This document shows positions 39,891 to 50,066 of a DNA stretch of 64,000 nt, in pieces (positions within the stretch are counted from its first letter, which is position 1; every line of letters begins with the position of its first letter). The notes beneath the pieces are model-generated. The model saw only the letters and a list, made by a program, of their open reading frames with translations. It did not search any database and was not told the origin of the DNA. Location: NCBI GenBank assembly GCA_018238155.1, contig JABCTZ010000046.1, positions 256,001-320,000 of the forward strand, given 5' to 3'. The DNA comes from Candidatus Heimdallarchaeota archaeon. Its GTDB lineage: Archaea > Asgardarchaeota > Heimdallarchaeia > JABLTI01. The position numbers and the translations under genes are program-made.

Positions 39891-40847
39891 TTATCGCCAA
39901 ACTTTTTTGAATATTCGAATAAAATTTCCATGGCAAATTTTGTTGATATCTTCATTTGAATATCCTCGTTCTTCCATCTCAGCAACTAATTTATTGAATC
40001 CTGTGACGTCCTTTACTTCTGTGGGTACACCTGTACCATCAAAATCACTTCCAAACGCTACGTGATCAGGACCGACAAGATTTTTGACATAATCAACATG
40101 ATCGATGATTTTAGTAAATGGTGTGTCATTACTACTTCTACAATCTTCTCTTAGGAACATGTTTCCAAAATTAATACCCATAACACCTCCATTATCAGCT
40201 AAAGCATGTATCATTTCATCTGTTAAGTTTCTCGAGACAGGGCATATTGATCTGCAGCTTGAGTGAGAAGCAATAATAGGTTTCTTTGATATATCAAGAA
40301 CATCCCAGAAGCTTTTATCAGAAAGATGAGAAACATCTACTATAACACCTAACTTATTTGCTTCGAGAATCAATTCTCGACCTTCACTAGTAATACCTCG
40401 AGTATCTTCAGGAGTGTTTGGGTCAAAAGAAGAGCCCGAACCGAAAATATTCACATCTGACCATGTGATTCCAATTGAACGCAATCCTAATCTATAGAGG
40501 ATATTAAAAAAATGAAGTTCGGTATCAAAACCACCAATGCCTTCGATATGAAAAATAACACCTACTTTTTCTTCTTTTTCGGCTTTTTCTAAATCATTAG
40601 GCTTTTTGATAAACATGGCGTTGTTTTTTGGTTCTTCAACCAATTCCAGAAGCTGTTGAGTACCTCTTTGAATATGGTATTGATTAATACCAGGCCAAAT
40701 AGCAAAAAAAGCGGCAATAACATTACCTTTTTTCATACGAGGAAAGTCAACGTGACCTTTATCGGATTCTTCAAAGAATTTTCTTCTTTGTTGAATCAGT
40801 GCAAGTAAAACATCAGTATGTCCGTCAATAACTGCTTGATCTTTCAT
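39891..40847 (-). CDS. Membrane dipeptidase family (M19)
   Basis: DGHTD, IEG, DVSH, ASHS, RNLTD, GSDFDG. Confidence 0.93.
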   Translation of the reverse strand: MKDQAVIDGHTDVLLALIQQRRKFFEESDKGHVDFPRMKKGNVIAAFFAIWPGINQYHIQRGTQQLLELVEEPKNNAMFIKKPNDLEKAEKEEKVGVIFHIEGIGGFDTELHFFNILYRLGLRSIGITWSDVNIFGSGSSFDPNTPEDTRGITSEGRELILEANKLGVIVDVSHLSDKSFWDVLDISKKPIIASHSSCRSICPVSRNLTDEMIHALADNGGVMGINFGNMFLREDCRSSNDTPFTKIIDHVDYVKNLVGPDHVAFGSDFDGTGVPTEVKDVTGFNKLVAEMEERGYSNEDINKICHGNFIRIFKKVWR

Positions 40848-41010
40848 AATAATACATCACAAATAGATTAATTTAAATGAAATATATTCCAATCTTCGAA
40901 ATAACTTCACTTTTGAGTAATTAAATATTCTCGAAAAATCCACTGGCTTTACTAGAAAAAAAAATTCAAGAGATGAGTTACCACGAAAGGCAGCTCAAAT
41001 CTAAGTAATT

Positions 41011-43053
41011 TTAATCTTCTTTTGAGTTTTCTGATTCAGAATCTTCTTTAGAAGAAATTTCTTTATCTTCTTGTTGTTGTGCTTGAGATAATTTTGCTCC
41101 AACGTTTGTAGCTTGGAGCACTATTGTAGCATCTTGACCCAATTCTTCTAGAGGCATTTCTTTCGCATCGGTTATTAAACCGATATAGGTAGAAATTACT
41201 TCTTCAGTTTCATTCCATGCACCAATTGAGATAAGATCAATGTTTGCATCTTTAGCTGGTTTTTCTAGAATTAATTCAGCCTCTACCAATGAATCTAAAC
41301 AATCGATAGGAGTTGTTATTGCTACTGTAACAATAGTAAAACAATTTGATTCTTTGAGACTGTTGAATGCATCAATAATAGTTGGATCTCGTTCTTCAAT
41401 CCATGCACTTAAGATCAATCTTTCATTAAAACCTGCTTTTCGTAATTTTCCTTTAATCCCTGATGCAAAATTGTTTTCTTCTTCAGTTAAAGGATAGATT
41501 TCATCCCATTGTTCTGGTTGCCCATCTGCAATAAGAATAATCCCTACTTTATCTTTTGCTAAGTTTCCAGGGACAGCTTCGGCTATTTTCTTTGCTATAT
41601 TTGATTGCAAACCGTCTGACTTTGCTAGAAAATCTGTTATCTTTATTGTTACACCTATTGATGAATAATCAATTCTTTTCATTTCGTCTATGGCTAATTG
41701 ATATTCAAAGTTATCTGCCATAAATAGATTAAGAATTGTTATATCATCTGCACCAATTGATATAGCACGTAATAATGCTTGATTAAGTGTAGGCCAATCA
41801 TTGACAAAAGCTTCTTGATATTCATCCACATCTAAGAATGACCCTTCTATTTTTTCGATCAATTTTTTCATGATTTTCTTGTATGGATTACCACCAACGT
41901 TTCCACGTATCTCCTCTGCAGAAAGTTCATCTTGTGAACCGCTTATCTTAGAGTATTTTCTTTTAACTTTAAAGAACTCAAATGGTTGTAGTAATTTACT
42001 CTTTTGAGGTACGCCAGTTTTTGCTTTAGCATTGAATTTTCTAATCATTGGTAATGGAGTATAATCTTCAGATTCACCTTTTGCGAGAATAATTACAGCA
42101 GTCTTCTTCTTATCAGATTCAATTGGCAACCCATCAGGTAGTGGTGATTGAAAATCAATCTTCATTATTCCTCTATTTGCCCAAATAAAACCAAAAACGG
42201 TAGCTAATAAATAAACAATAGCATTCCAAAGTATCTGCCAAGGTGTTACCCAGAATAACCAATTGACTATGACTGCAAGCAAAAAGGTTGTTGCACCCAT
42301 GAATAGGGCATTCTTTTCTTTTGATTTGATATTTGTAGTTAAATAATAAACAGTAACTGATCCTAAAGTATAACCAGCAAATCCACAAACTAAGAGTGTT
42401 CCAACGAGTGGCAAAAGATTTGCAGTACTAAATATCGGAAGAGTGAAATCACTTGAAGCAATGTCCTTGTATTCAGTTGTACCTCCATCTGATACAGATT
42501 TATAATGAGATTTTGCAGTCACTTTTGCTGGGCTTGAAACATTTGCTATGTCATTAATGTACAATTCCCAAGTTAATTTATTTGCAGAAATAGCGGTAGA
42601 ATTCTCAAAAACAATTGGGTAAGAAAGTGGTTTTGATTGGATATTGTGTCCGGATGCATTCACTAAATGAGTAGTAATAGTATCTTCAAAATTTTGTCCC
42701 ATTACACCTCCAACCTTTATCACAGTACTATTAACATGTGCTCCACTATTCCAATATATTTCTACTTGATAGAAATGTTTTCCATCATCAATAATTGGTG
42801 TGCCACCTAAGTAAAGATTAATATTCAAACCGACAAAAGTGATGCCAATGATATCAATTTCGTCTTGAAAGTTCCCTTTTTTCTTGTAAACCGCATCTTC
42901 ATATAATTGAACATCGTTACTTGGATCAACCATCAAAGTAGTACCAGAAACAAATCCTACACTAATCATAAATAGCATAGCTGTTATAATACCACTTACT
43001 AAAAGTACTTTTTTTCGTTGCAAGAATAATTGCTCCTTTCTATCTATTTTCAT
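41011..43053 (-). CDS. Membrane protein: extracellular domain + 3 TM + ferrochelatase/class II chelatase-like domain lacking catalytic His
   Basis: C-terminal half has two alpha/beta lobes (AVIILAKGE...AFVNDWPTL; GIILIADGQP...AWIEERDPTI...GAWN) with a chelatase pattern. Confidence 0.6.
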   Translation of the reverse strand: MKIDRKEQLFLQRKKVLLVSGIITAMLFMISVGFVSGTTLMVDPSNDVQLYEDAVYKKKGNFQDEIDIIGITFVGLNINLYLGGTPIIDDGKHFYQVEIYWNSGAHVNSTVIKVGGVMGQNFEDTITTHLVNASGHNIQSKPLSYPIVFENSTAISANKLTWELYINDIANVSSPAKVTAKSHYKSVSDGGTTEYKDIASSDFTLPIFSTANLLPLVGTLLVCGFAGYTLGSVTVYYLTTNIKSKEKNALFMGATTFLLAVIVNWLFWVTPWQILWNAIVYLLATVFGFIWANRGIMKIDFQSPLPDGLPIESDKKKTAVIILAKGESEDYTPLPMIRKFNAKAKTGVPQKSKLLQPFEFFKVKRKYSKISGSQDELSAEEIRGNVGGNPYKKIMKKLIEKIEGSFLDVDEYQEAFVNDWPTLNQALLRAISIGADDITILNLFMADNFEYQLAIDEMKRIDYSSIGVTIKITDFLAKSDGLQSNIAKKIAEAVPGNLAKDKVGIILIADGQPEQWDEIYPLTEEENNFASGIKGKLRKAGFNERLILSAWIEERDPTIIDAFNSLKESNCFTIVTVAITTPIDCLDSLVEAELILEKPAKDANIDLISIGAWNETEEVISTYIGLITDAKEMPLEELGQDATIVLQATNVGAKLSQAQQQEDKEISSKEDSESENSKED

Positions 43054-43132
43054 ATTTCTACTACGTTTTCATATAGATTGGAATAATAAAATTATGGTTT
43101 CCTCGCAATATTTATCTTGGAACTTTGTTTCT

Positions 43133-43726
43133 TCAGCGTATTTTTAATGTTAATTCTTCTCCTCGACCTACAGGAATAAGAACACTTTGAGTATTTGGAT
43201 TTGCTCTCACATAATCTACGTATTCTTTCAGTGAATCAGAATGGGAAACAACGTTATCAGCAATTATTATACCACCCACTTTTAGTTTGGGAAAGGCAAG
43301 GTCAAAATATTCGATATAATCCTCTTTTTCTGCATCAATAAAAATGAAATCAAATTCTTGGTTAAAGCTTTTTATTATTTCCTTAGCATCTCCCTCAATA
43401 ATTGTAACAATATTTTCCAAGTTAGCTCTCTTAATATGTTCCAGAGCCATTTTTACCTTTCGGGAATCACATTCCAAGGTAGTTATTTTACCCATATTTT
43501 CTTTTACTGCAAGAGCAAGCCAAATTGTTGAATAACCTGTAGATGTTCCTATCTCAAGTAAATTCACTGCTTTTGAAGTTTTTACCATGATATTCAAAAA
43601 CAGCCCAACATCAGGAGTGATACTTCTCATTCGAATATTTGTTGGAAGACCTTTAGCTCTTTCTTCCAAATCCTTTTCTTCCAATTCTTTGAGCAAAGCA
43701 ATTAATTCTTCCTTCATCATCTTCAC
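43133..43726 (-). CDS. SAM-dependent O-methyltransferase (COMT/YrrM-like)
   Basis: LEIGTSTGYS, FDFIFIDAEK, GGIIIADN. Confidence 0.92.
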   Translation of the reverse strand: MKMMKEELIALLKELEEKDLEERAKGLPTNIRMRSITPDVGLFLNIMVKTSKAVNLLEIGTSTGYSTIWLALAVKENMGKITTLECDSRKVKMALEHIKRANLENIVTIIEGDAKEIIKSFNQEFDFIFIDAEKEDYIEYFDLAFPKLKVGGIIIADNVVSHSDSLKEYVDYVRANPNTQSVLIPVGRGEELTLKIR

Positions 43727-43867
43727 CTTTTTAGTATCTAATCTTTGAGAACTCTCTTAAAATTATTGCTAATCATCTCTTTTGTATTTAAACGAAAATG
43801 TTCATATAAAAGTCAAAAATAATTGATATCAATCTCTTGTTGAATCTAAATATTTGATGATTCCTAA

Positions 43868-44629
43868 TTAACGCCATCTCTTTCGAGTTCTTCTTTGTTT
43901 TTCTTCCAATCGTTGTTGTTGAACTTTTTTGTTATAATTTTGCACTTTTAATCTTTGAATGAAAATTGTAGCCCCGATTATCAAAAAGACTCCGATTATT
44001 AGAAACCAATACCAACTTCTAGCCCAAAAACCGGAAATAGGTTCTCCATTAGAAGAAGTGGATGTTGTTGTTTGGGGTCCATGAACAAGTTTGTTAATTT
44101 CACCAATAATAGTTGAAGCAGCAATACCACCACCACCAGAAAAGGTAACCCTTTGTTCATAATTTAGAATATAAAATGTAGGTATTGATGAAATTTCATA
44201 AAACGTTGAAATACCTTTGGTATCAATGAAAATATACCAGTCCATACCTTCATCTTCTGCGAAAGTTTTAATGGTTGCTATATCATCATTCTCTGGATCA
44301 GTATCCAAACTAATTATAACTAACTGGTTTGTAGAAAATTGTGCTTTTACTTCTTTTAATTTAGGTACAAAATTCTTACAAGGAATGCACCATGTAGCAA
44401 AAAAATCAAGTAATACCACTTTACCTTGAAATGATGAAAAACTCATAGTGCTGCCGCTTATAACTTCTTGTAATGTCCAATCCATACCCAATGTACCAAT
44501 AGGTAATAAATTAGCATTATATTCTTCATTAGGAATTGTTTCTGCAGCTACATCAATAGTAGCGATTATAGTTGAAGTTAAAGAGATAAAAAGTACTAGT
44601 ATTATAAATTGATTATTTATTTTAATCAT
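43868..44629 (-). CDS. TlpA/ResA-like thiol-disulfide oxidoreductase, exported and C-terminally anchored
   Basis: Signal peptide, GKVVLLDFFATWCIPC, cis-Pro SIPT, Thr/Ser linker, TM, basic tail. Confidence 0.9.
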   Translation of the reverse strand: MIKINNQFIILVLFISLTSTIIATIDVAAETIPNEEYNANLLPIGTLGMDWTLQEVISGSTMSFSSFQGKVVLLDFFATWCIPCKNFVPKLKEVKAQFSTNQLVIISLDTDPENDDIATIKTFAEDEGMDWYIFIDTKGISTFYEISSIPTFYILNYEQRVTFSGGGGIAASTIIGEINKLVHGPQTTTSTSSNGEPISGFWARSWYWFLIIGVFLIIGATIFIQRLKVQNYNKKVQQQRLEEKQRRTRKRWR

Positions 44630-44657
44630 AATTCAAACCTTAGTGATTGATATCAAA

Positions 44658-45413
44658 TTAACTATATCTCTTATTGTATTTTCGTTGTCTCTCTTCTGTC
44701 CTTTGTTCTCGCACTTTTTTATTATGGATTACTATTCTTATCCTCTGCACAGAAACGAACACAACAATGATGAAGAAAATCCCACCTATGACAAACCAAT
44801 ACCAATTACTAGCCAAAAAATTAGTTATTGGTACACCACCAGTATTTGTATTCGATTGCGCTCCACCAATATGTTTGTTTATTTCAGTTATTATAATTTC
44901 AGCACTTGTAATAACCTCACCTGAATAAACGACTTTTTGATCACCATTAAAAATGTAAAAAGAGGGGATTTGTTCAATATCATAATAGGATTGAATTCCA
45001 ACTGTATCAATAAAGATTAACCAATTCATATTTTGTTCTTCAGCAAATGCCTCTATCGTTGCTTCGTCATCTTTAAGTGGGTCAGTATCTAGACTAATCA
45101 TAATTAATTCACTACTAGAAAACTGAGCTCGAACTGATCTTAACTCATTTAGAAAAGTTTCACATTGTCCACTCCAAGTGCCGAAAAAGTCAAGTAAAAT
45201 TACTTTTCCTGCAAATGATGAAAAACTCAATGTTATATCACTTAGTATTTCTTTTAAGGACCAATCCATTCCAGCAGTTCCATTAGGAACTAAATTAATA
45301 TAATTATCTTCTTCAGGAAGTGTGTTGTTTGCTGCTTTGACATTAACAGCAATAGAAACTATAAAAGAAAGTAAAATTACTATAGCAATAAATTGAATGT
45401 TTTTTTTCATCAT
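44658..45413 (-). CDS. TlpA-like paralog with SxxC (WSGQC) active site
   Basis: Collinear with the adjacent gene (GMDW, SFSSF.GKV.LLDFF.TW, ISLDTDP, WYWF); first Cys codon replaced by AGT. Confidence 0.88.
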   Translation of the reverse strand: MMKKNIQFIAIVILLSFIVSIAVNVKAANNTLPEEDNYINLVPNGTAGMDWSLKEILSDITLSFSSFAGKVILLDFFGTWSGQCETFLNELRSVRAQFSSSELIMISLDTDPLKDDEATIEAFAEEQNMNWLIFIDTVGIQSYYDIEQIPSFYIFNGDQKVVYSGEVITSAEIIITEINKHIGGAQSNTNTGGVPITNFLASNWYWFVIGGIFFIIVVFVSVQRIRIVIHNKKVREQRTEERQRKYNKRYS

Positions 45414-45520
45414 TTTCTACCTACTTGATTCATACCAATTTCTTTTTTTAAAGTCTATCCTTTAGAATTTATTAATTGTTTTTAAATAGTCTTAATTTAA
45501 TTATGTGTAAACAAATAAGA

Positions 45521-45551
45521 TTTATAAAGATTCAAGCTAGACTTAGCTTGA
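45521..45551. promoter_or_regulatory. TATA box plus palindromic site in divergent promoter
   Basis: TTTATAAA (45521-45528) then TCAAGCTA-gact-TAGCTTGA (45532-45551). Confidence 0.5.
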
Positions 45552-45643
45552 GAAGTTATTTCTCGTTATATGCTCATTCCCACCTATTACATAATATTTC
45601 TGCTGATGGTTTATTCAGAGAATAAGCCCGATAAAAACTTAGA

Positions 45644-46582
45644 GTGAGCAATTTGAAAAAGATTAAGATTATTACAGATAGTACGTGTGATTTGACTATT
45701 GATGAATTGAATGAATTAGATGTTGACTTTGTTCCAGCATATGTAATCATTGAAGGTAAGAAATTCAAACAGAATGTAAATATTACCAATGATGAAGTGT
45801 ATCATCAGCTAATTGTTGAGAAGAAAAAGATTAGTTCCGCAGCATCTTCTCCAGGAGAATTTCACAAAGTTTATGTAAGAGCTCTCAAAGAAGCTGAATC
45901 AATTATTCTCTTAACTGCTCATGGAAAGCTCTCAGCAATGTATAACACTGCTAAAATGGTTGCAGAAAAATTCTTCCCAAAAAGAGATATTACTGTTGTT
46001 GACACAAAAACAGCTTCTTTTGCACATGCAATCCTTGTTCAAGAAGCAGTGCAATTAGTAAAACTTGGTAAATCAAAAGATGAAATAGTTGCTAGGTTAA
46101 GATTTCTTGCTGAAAACACAAAAGCATTACCTCTTTTAGATACTCTCGAATATCTCTATCGAGGTGGAAGAATTAAACTCTATCAAAGACTACTTGGAAA
46201 TCTCATCGGAATCAAAGCATTAGTTCTAATCGATAAAAAAGGCTCCAATATGGATGCAAAAATTAAAGGTAGAAAAAATGCTTTAATTCAACTAAAAATG
46301 TGTGGTTTACAAATCTTAGATCATTTGATCATTAAACGGTTATATGTTGCCTATACAAATAACAAAGAACTTGCAATCGAAGTTGCAGACTTTTTAATCG
46401 AGAACAGTCCTGACGATATTGAAATTTCAATTGGACAACTTGGATCCGTAATAGGAGTTCATGGAGGAAATGATGTTGTCGGTTTTGGCTTTGTTGGAGA
46501 TTACAATGTCAAAATGTTTACTGGTGTAGGTGAAACAGCTAAAGATTTCATAAATGAAAAATTACAAATTGTTAGGGGATGA
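45644..46582 (+). CDS. DegV/FakB fatty-acid-binding protein
   Basis: IITDSTCDL, LSAMYN, VVDTK, TLEYLYRGGRI, IGVHGG. Confidence 0.9.
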   Translation: MSNLKKIKIITDSTCDLTIDELNELDVDFVPAYVIIEGKKFKQNVNITNDEVYHQLIVEKKKISSAASSPGEFHKVYVRALKEAESIILLTAHGKLSAMYNTAKMVAEKFFPKRDITVVDTKTASFAHAILVQEAVQLVKLGKSKDEIVARLRFLAENTKALPLLDTLEYLYRGGRIKLYQRLLGNLIGIKALVLIDKKGSNMDAKIKGRKNALIQLKMCGLQILDHLIIKRLYVAYTNNKELAIEVADFLIENSPDDIEISIGQLGSVIGVHGGNDVVGFGFVGDYNVKMFTGVGETAKDFINEKLQIVRG

Positions 46583-48133
46583 GTCACTAGATTCATCCCT
46601 ATCAACCATTTTTTCAGAATATTGAGCAATGGTTATAGTCTTTACTTGTTCAGGATTTTCTGTTAAATTTGTGATGAGAGACAAGTATCTTGTTAGCATT
46701 TTCTCCGGAGCAATTGTTTTGAAACTTTTTATCACTTTTGCTTCTTTTTCTCCAATGCAACGTAGTTTAAGTTCTTGATCAGATATCTTTTCGAATAACA
46801 AACCAAGTTGGTATTTCTTTTTAATAATTGGATGAACTAATTTAAATGATAAATAAACGGCGTTTTGTGTCAAATCTTGTTGTGAATTCTCATCTGTTAA
46901 TAATTCGCGATATTTTTTCGGTAGAACCAATTTTTCAATATTTATTCTATTGACCGTTTCATAGACTTTTTGTTGAATATTCGAATCTATTTTGGTTAAT
47001 AATTTCGTGTTCAGGATAATATTGCTTAATTTTCCTGTTACATACGATACTGTATAGAGATTATGGTAGTCATTGTATTCTTCTTCAACACTTCTTGTAA
47101 CACATTGCCAATATGATGCTTCTTGCGATATCTTTACTTTCTTTTGAGATTCTACTTGTTCAATATCTTGGAATTCTTTAGTAATCAGTAAATCATCACT
47201 TTTGTGTAATTGTTCTTTGATATCAATGAGTTCTTTGTACTTTGACTTCAAAATGTTTCGAGTCATTCGATTCCACAAATCACCCCAATCAATGAAGAGG
47301 AAAAGAGCTATTATTCCTATACTTGCTATCCAGACTATAGCTGATAACCAAGTTGGAGGAGCATCTCCGGCTATTCCATCAGATGTTAAACCAAATGCCC
47401 AGAAAATTACTCCACCTGCACTTGTCCCTGCCAAGTATTTTGCTACTAGCCCAGTGCCAGTTGTAAGGGCAATTTTTCCTAAAAAGCACCAAATAATCGT
47501 TTTCCAAAGAGCATATCCTAACAATCCAATGAAAATTAATATTGCATCATCAGGCAATGGTGTTGCTGCAAAGAGAAAGATAATCAACGGTGCAAGACCT
47601 TTATCAACCCATTTTTGTGCTCGAGCAACTTGTTTTTCCATACTACCTTCAATTACTTTTTTACTTGCTCGTCCAATTAACCAAGCAGAAGCTTCACCAA
47701 GTGCAGCGCCGGCACCAGCTGCGATACCCATTAAAATTATTAGTGGTGCTGTCATTGATGGTCTTGTTGCTACTGCTACTAAAGCGATTGTATATGGCAC
47801 AGGGAAAATAACCGTTAAATTCCCAAAAATAGAGATAACAAATATTCCGAGAAAGATACCAAATAATCCTACTTTGCTCTCAAACCAATCTACAATGTCA
47901 CTCATTATCACTCCCATGTTTAACTTTAATGCTGCTAAGACGATTATTAATACAACAAATAATGAAAGAAAAATGATTGATGCTAATCTTTCTTTATCCT
48001 TTATTAGCCAACTAACTGCTCTTTTGAAAGGATTTTCACGTTCTTCGAATTCATATTCATTTCGTTGAGTAGAACTATAATTCAATTCCTCTTGTTCAAT
48101 AATTTGTTCAGATTCACGATTATTCTCAGACAT
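46562..48133 (-). CDS. VTT (DedA/VMP1/TMEM41) domain membrane protein with soluble C-terminal extension
   Basis: Re-entrant motifs IFPVPY, GAALGE...W.IGR and FAATPLPDD...G, then GK; about 230-aa hydrophilic C-terminal domain. Confidence 0.85.
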   Translation of the reverse strand: MSENNRESEQIIEQEELNYSSTQRNEYEFEERENPFKRAVSWLIKDKERLASIIFLSLFVVLIIVLAALKLNMGVIMSDIVDWFESKVGLFGIFLGIFVISIFGNLTVIFPVPYTIALVAVATRPSMTAPLIILMGIAAGAGAALGEASAWLIGRASKKVIEGSMEKQVARAQKWVDKGLAPLIIFLFAATPLPDDAILIFIGLLGYALWKTIIWCFLGKIALTTGTGLVAKYLAGTSAGGVIFWAFGLTSDGIAGDAPPTWLSAIVWIASIGIIALFLFIDWGDLWNRMTRNILKSKYKELIDIKEQLHKSDDLLITKEFQDIEQVESQKKVKISQEASYWQCVTRSVEEEYNDYHNLYTVSYVTGKLSNIILNTKLLTKIDSNIQQKVYETVNRINIEKLVLPKKYRELLTDENSQQDLTQNAVYLSFKLVHPIIKKKYQLGLLFEKISDQELKLRCIGEKEAKVIKSFKTIAPEKMLTRYLSLITNLTENPEQVKTITIAQYSEKMVDRDESSDSSPNNL

Positions 48134-48356
48134 TGATTATCTACCTGTTTAATCTTAATGAAATATACAATTAAGGTTTATATAAAATTAGTTTTTATAT
48201 TTACTGCAATAACTAGAATAATAAATATTTGCAAAGTCTATTCAATAAACGTTTTCAAAAGGGCCCGACAAAAAAAGAGCTATATAGCTCGATAGTACAA
48301 TTTTTAACTGATGAAGAATAAATAGTATCATCAAGTAATAATTAGTTAAACCTCCT

Positions 48357-50039
48357 TTGTGGCTGGAGGAAATTGGAGAATTAAACAGAATGGCTTTTAA
48401 AAGAAATGAAAAACAAAAGGGAATTCCCCTTGGAGATAACTTTGTTGACTTCACAACAAGAGTTGATAAGATTTCTCTTGAAACGTTAGTAGAGGTTTCT
48501 GCAAAGTATAATTGCAAACAAGAATTTGCCGGAGTTATTCATTTAGTATCAACTGATTTAAACATCACTCCTGAATTAATATTAAATGATCTCCAATACG
48601 AATTAAAAAGGCTTGAAAAAATTGGTGAAGAACTTCCTGAAATAGAAACATATTTCCATAAATTTGCAATTTCAGAAGGAAAATGGATTGCTTTTTTGAG
48701 AGGATCATATCCAAAGAATTTGATAACAGAAGGAAAAAAAATTCAAACTCAATTTACAAAAATAGGTAAAGTAAAAGGTAGCGATTTGATAACTTTAGCA
48801 ATGCAAATTATGATGGAAAGACAGTTTATCGCTGCAAATACAATACTACCTGTAATAGATAAATGGGTTGAAGAGCACTATGAATCTACAAATTTTGATG
48901 CAGCACTTCACATACTTAGAGGTTATTTAAAGAGAAATGACTTTGATGATATTATTAAACAAATGGAAGAAGCAAAAAAACAATTAGTACAACAAATTCA
49001 AATTTTAGGTGATATTTTAGCGAATGCTGAAAGTTCAAATTGGGTATTTCGCTCATTAATTGAAGTTGAACTTTTACATGAAGATTTGAGTCAAGATTTG
49101 GTAGAATTAACAAATAAAGGTGCAGCAGATATTGTTTTATGGATCGTATCAAAGAGCTATGAACAAACCACAGGAGACTTTACTTCGCAAGAAGATATGT
49201 CAAAATTGATTATGAGATTCCAACTTGAATCTGCCTTAGGTATCTCCTCTGCATCGCCCTTGGCAACATTAGAGTATGAATTATTATCTCTAAATTATAA
49301 AGATAATTTAATAAAGTCAAAATTAGTTGACGAGATGATTTTAAAAGCTTGGAAAGAAGCACGAATTGGTAATAACCCACTTGATATCGGCAGAGAGATC
49401 CTTGCCTTATTGATGGATTACAGTAATACACCACCATTATTTTTATCTAAATTACCAAGGCATTTTGCTTATATCTCAGAATTTTTTGAGAATGATAAAC
49501 TAAGACTAGCACGTGCTCTTGAAAAAGTTAAAATAAAAGGAAAGGAACCAACCGCAAAAGAAATGCAGAATGCGGTTATTCTTGATTATCTAATTATTTT
49601 TGCTAGAAACTTCATAGCAGGTAATATGAAAGCGGATGAAAAAGATCTCAATGTTCCAGATGAACCTAAGAGATTGGATCTAATGCCAGCAGAAAAAGAC
49701 ATCATTGATATGATTGATGCAGCAGTCCAAAGAGGCATTCGCTCCCAAAACAGAGAAAAAGCGATGAAAGTTCTATCAGCGCAAATTCTTTCCATGTATC
49801 AAAGATGTCTTAATCAAGTAAAGAATGAAGTAACTGTTGGAGAATGTATCCTTTATGGAATCTATAATTTAAATGGTATTGAAATATCAAGAGAAAAAGC
49901 CAGAAATTTGATTCTTGATCATTTCACTCGAATGAGAGTTTCAGCTTCTTCTTCGGGAAAGAAAAGAATTGATTCTGTAGTTCAAAAAGCAATTGCTATT
50001 GAAATTGAAGAAAAAATATTCAAAAGGGATATCAAATAA
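48357..50039 (+). CDS. Hypothetical all-helical soluble protein
   Basis: 560-aa ORF; probable start ATG 48390 after a GGAG motif; no motif recognised. Confidence 0.75.
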   Translation: MWLEEIGELNRMAFKRNEKQKGIPLGDNFVDFTTRVDKISLETLVEVSAKYNCKQEFAGVIHLVSTDLNITPELILNDLQYELKRLEKIGEELPEIETYFHKFAISEGKWIAFLRGSYPKNLITEGKKIQTQFTKIGKVKGSDLITLAMQIMMERQFIAANTILPVIDKWVEEHYESTNFDAALHILRGYLKRNDFDDIIKQMEEAKKQLVQQIQILGDILANAESSNWVFRSLIEVELLHEDLSQDLVELTNKGAADIVLWIVSKSYEQTTGDFTSQEDMSKLIMRFQLESALGISSASPLATLEYELLSLNYKDNLIKSKLVDEMILKAWKEARIGNNPLDIGREILALLMDYSNTPPLFLSKLPRHFAYISEFFENDKLRLARALEKVKIKGKEPTAKEMQNAVILDYLIIFARNFIAGNMKADEKDLNVPDEPKRLDLMPAEKDIIDMIDAAVQRGIRSQNREKAMKVLSAQILSMYQRCLNQVKNEVTVGECILYGIYNLNGIEISREKARNLILDHFTRMRVSASSSGKKRIDSVVQKAIAIEIEEKIFKRDIK

Positions 50040-50066
50040 TTAATTTATCCCTTTTTTAAATTATTT

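Noticed and set aside
45160-45185. Selenocysteine in the TlpA paralog active site
   Set aside because: The codon is AGT (Ser), not TGA, and no in-frame UGA read-through is needed.
47202-48068. 288-aa plus-strand ORF inside the VTT gene
   Set aside because: Antisense to a hydrophobic gene, a common source of stop-free shadow frames; no motifs. The same applies to 27948-28472, 9585-10019 and the other short nested ORFs.
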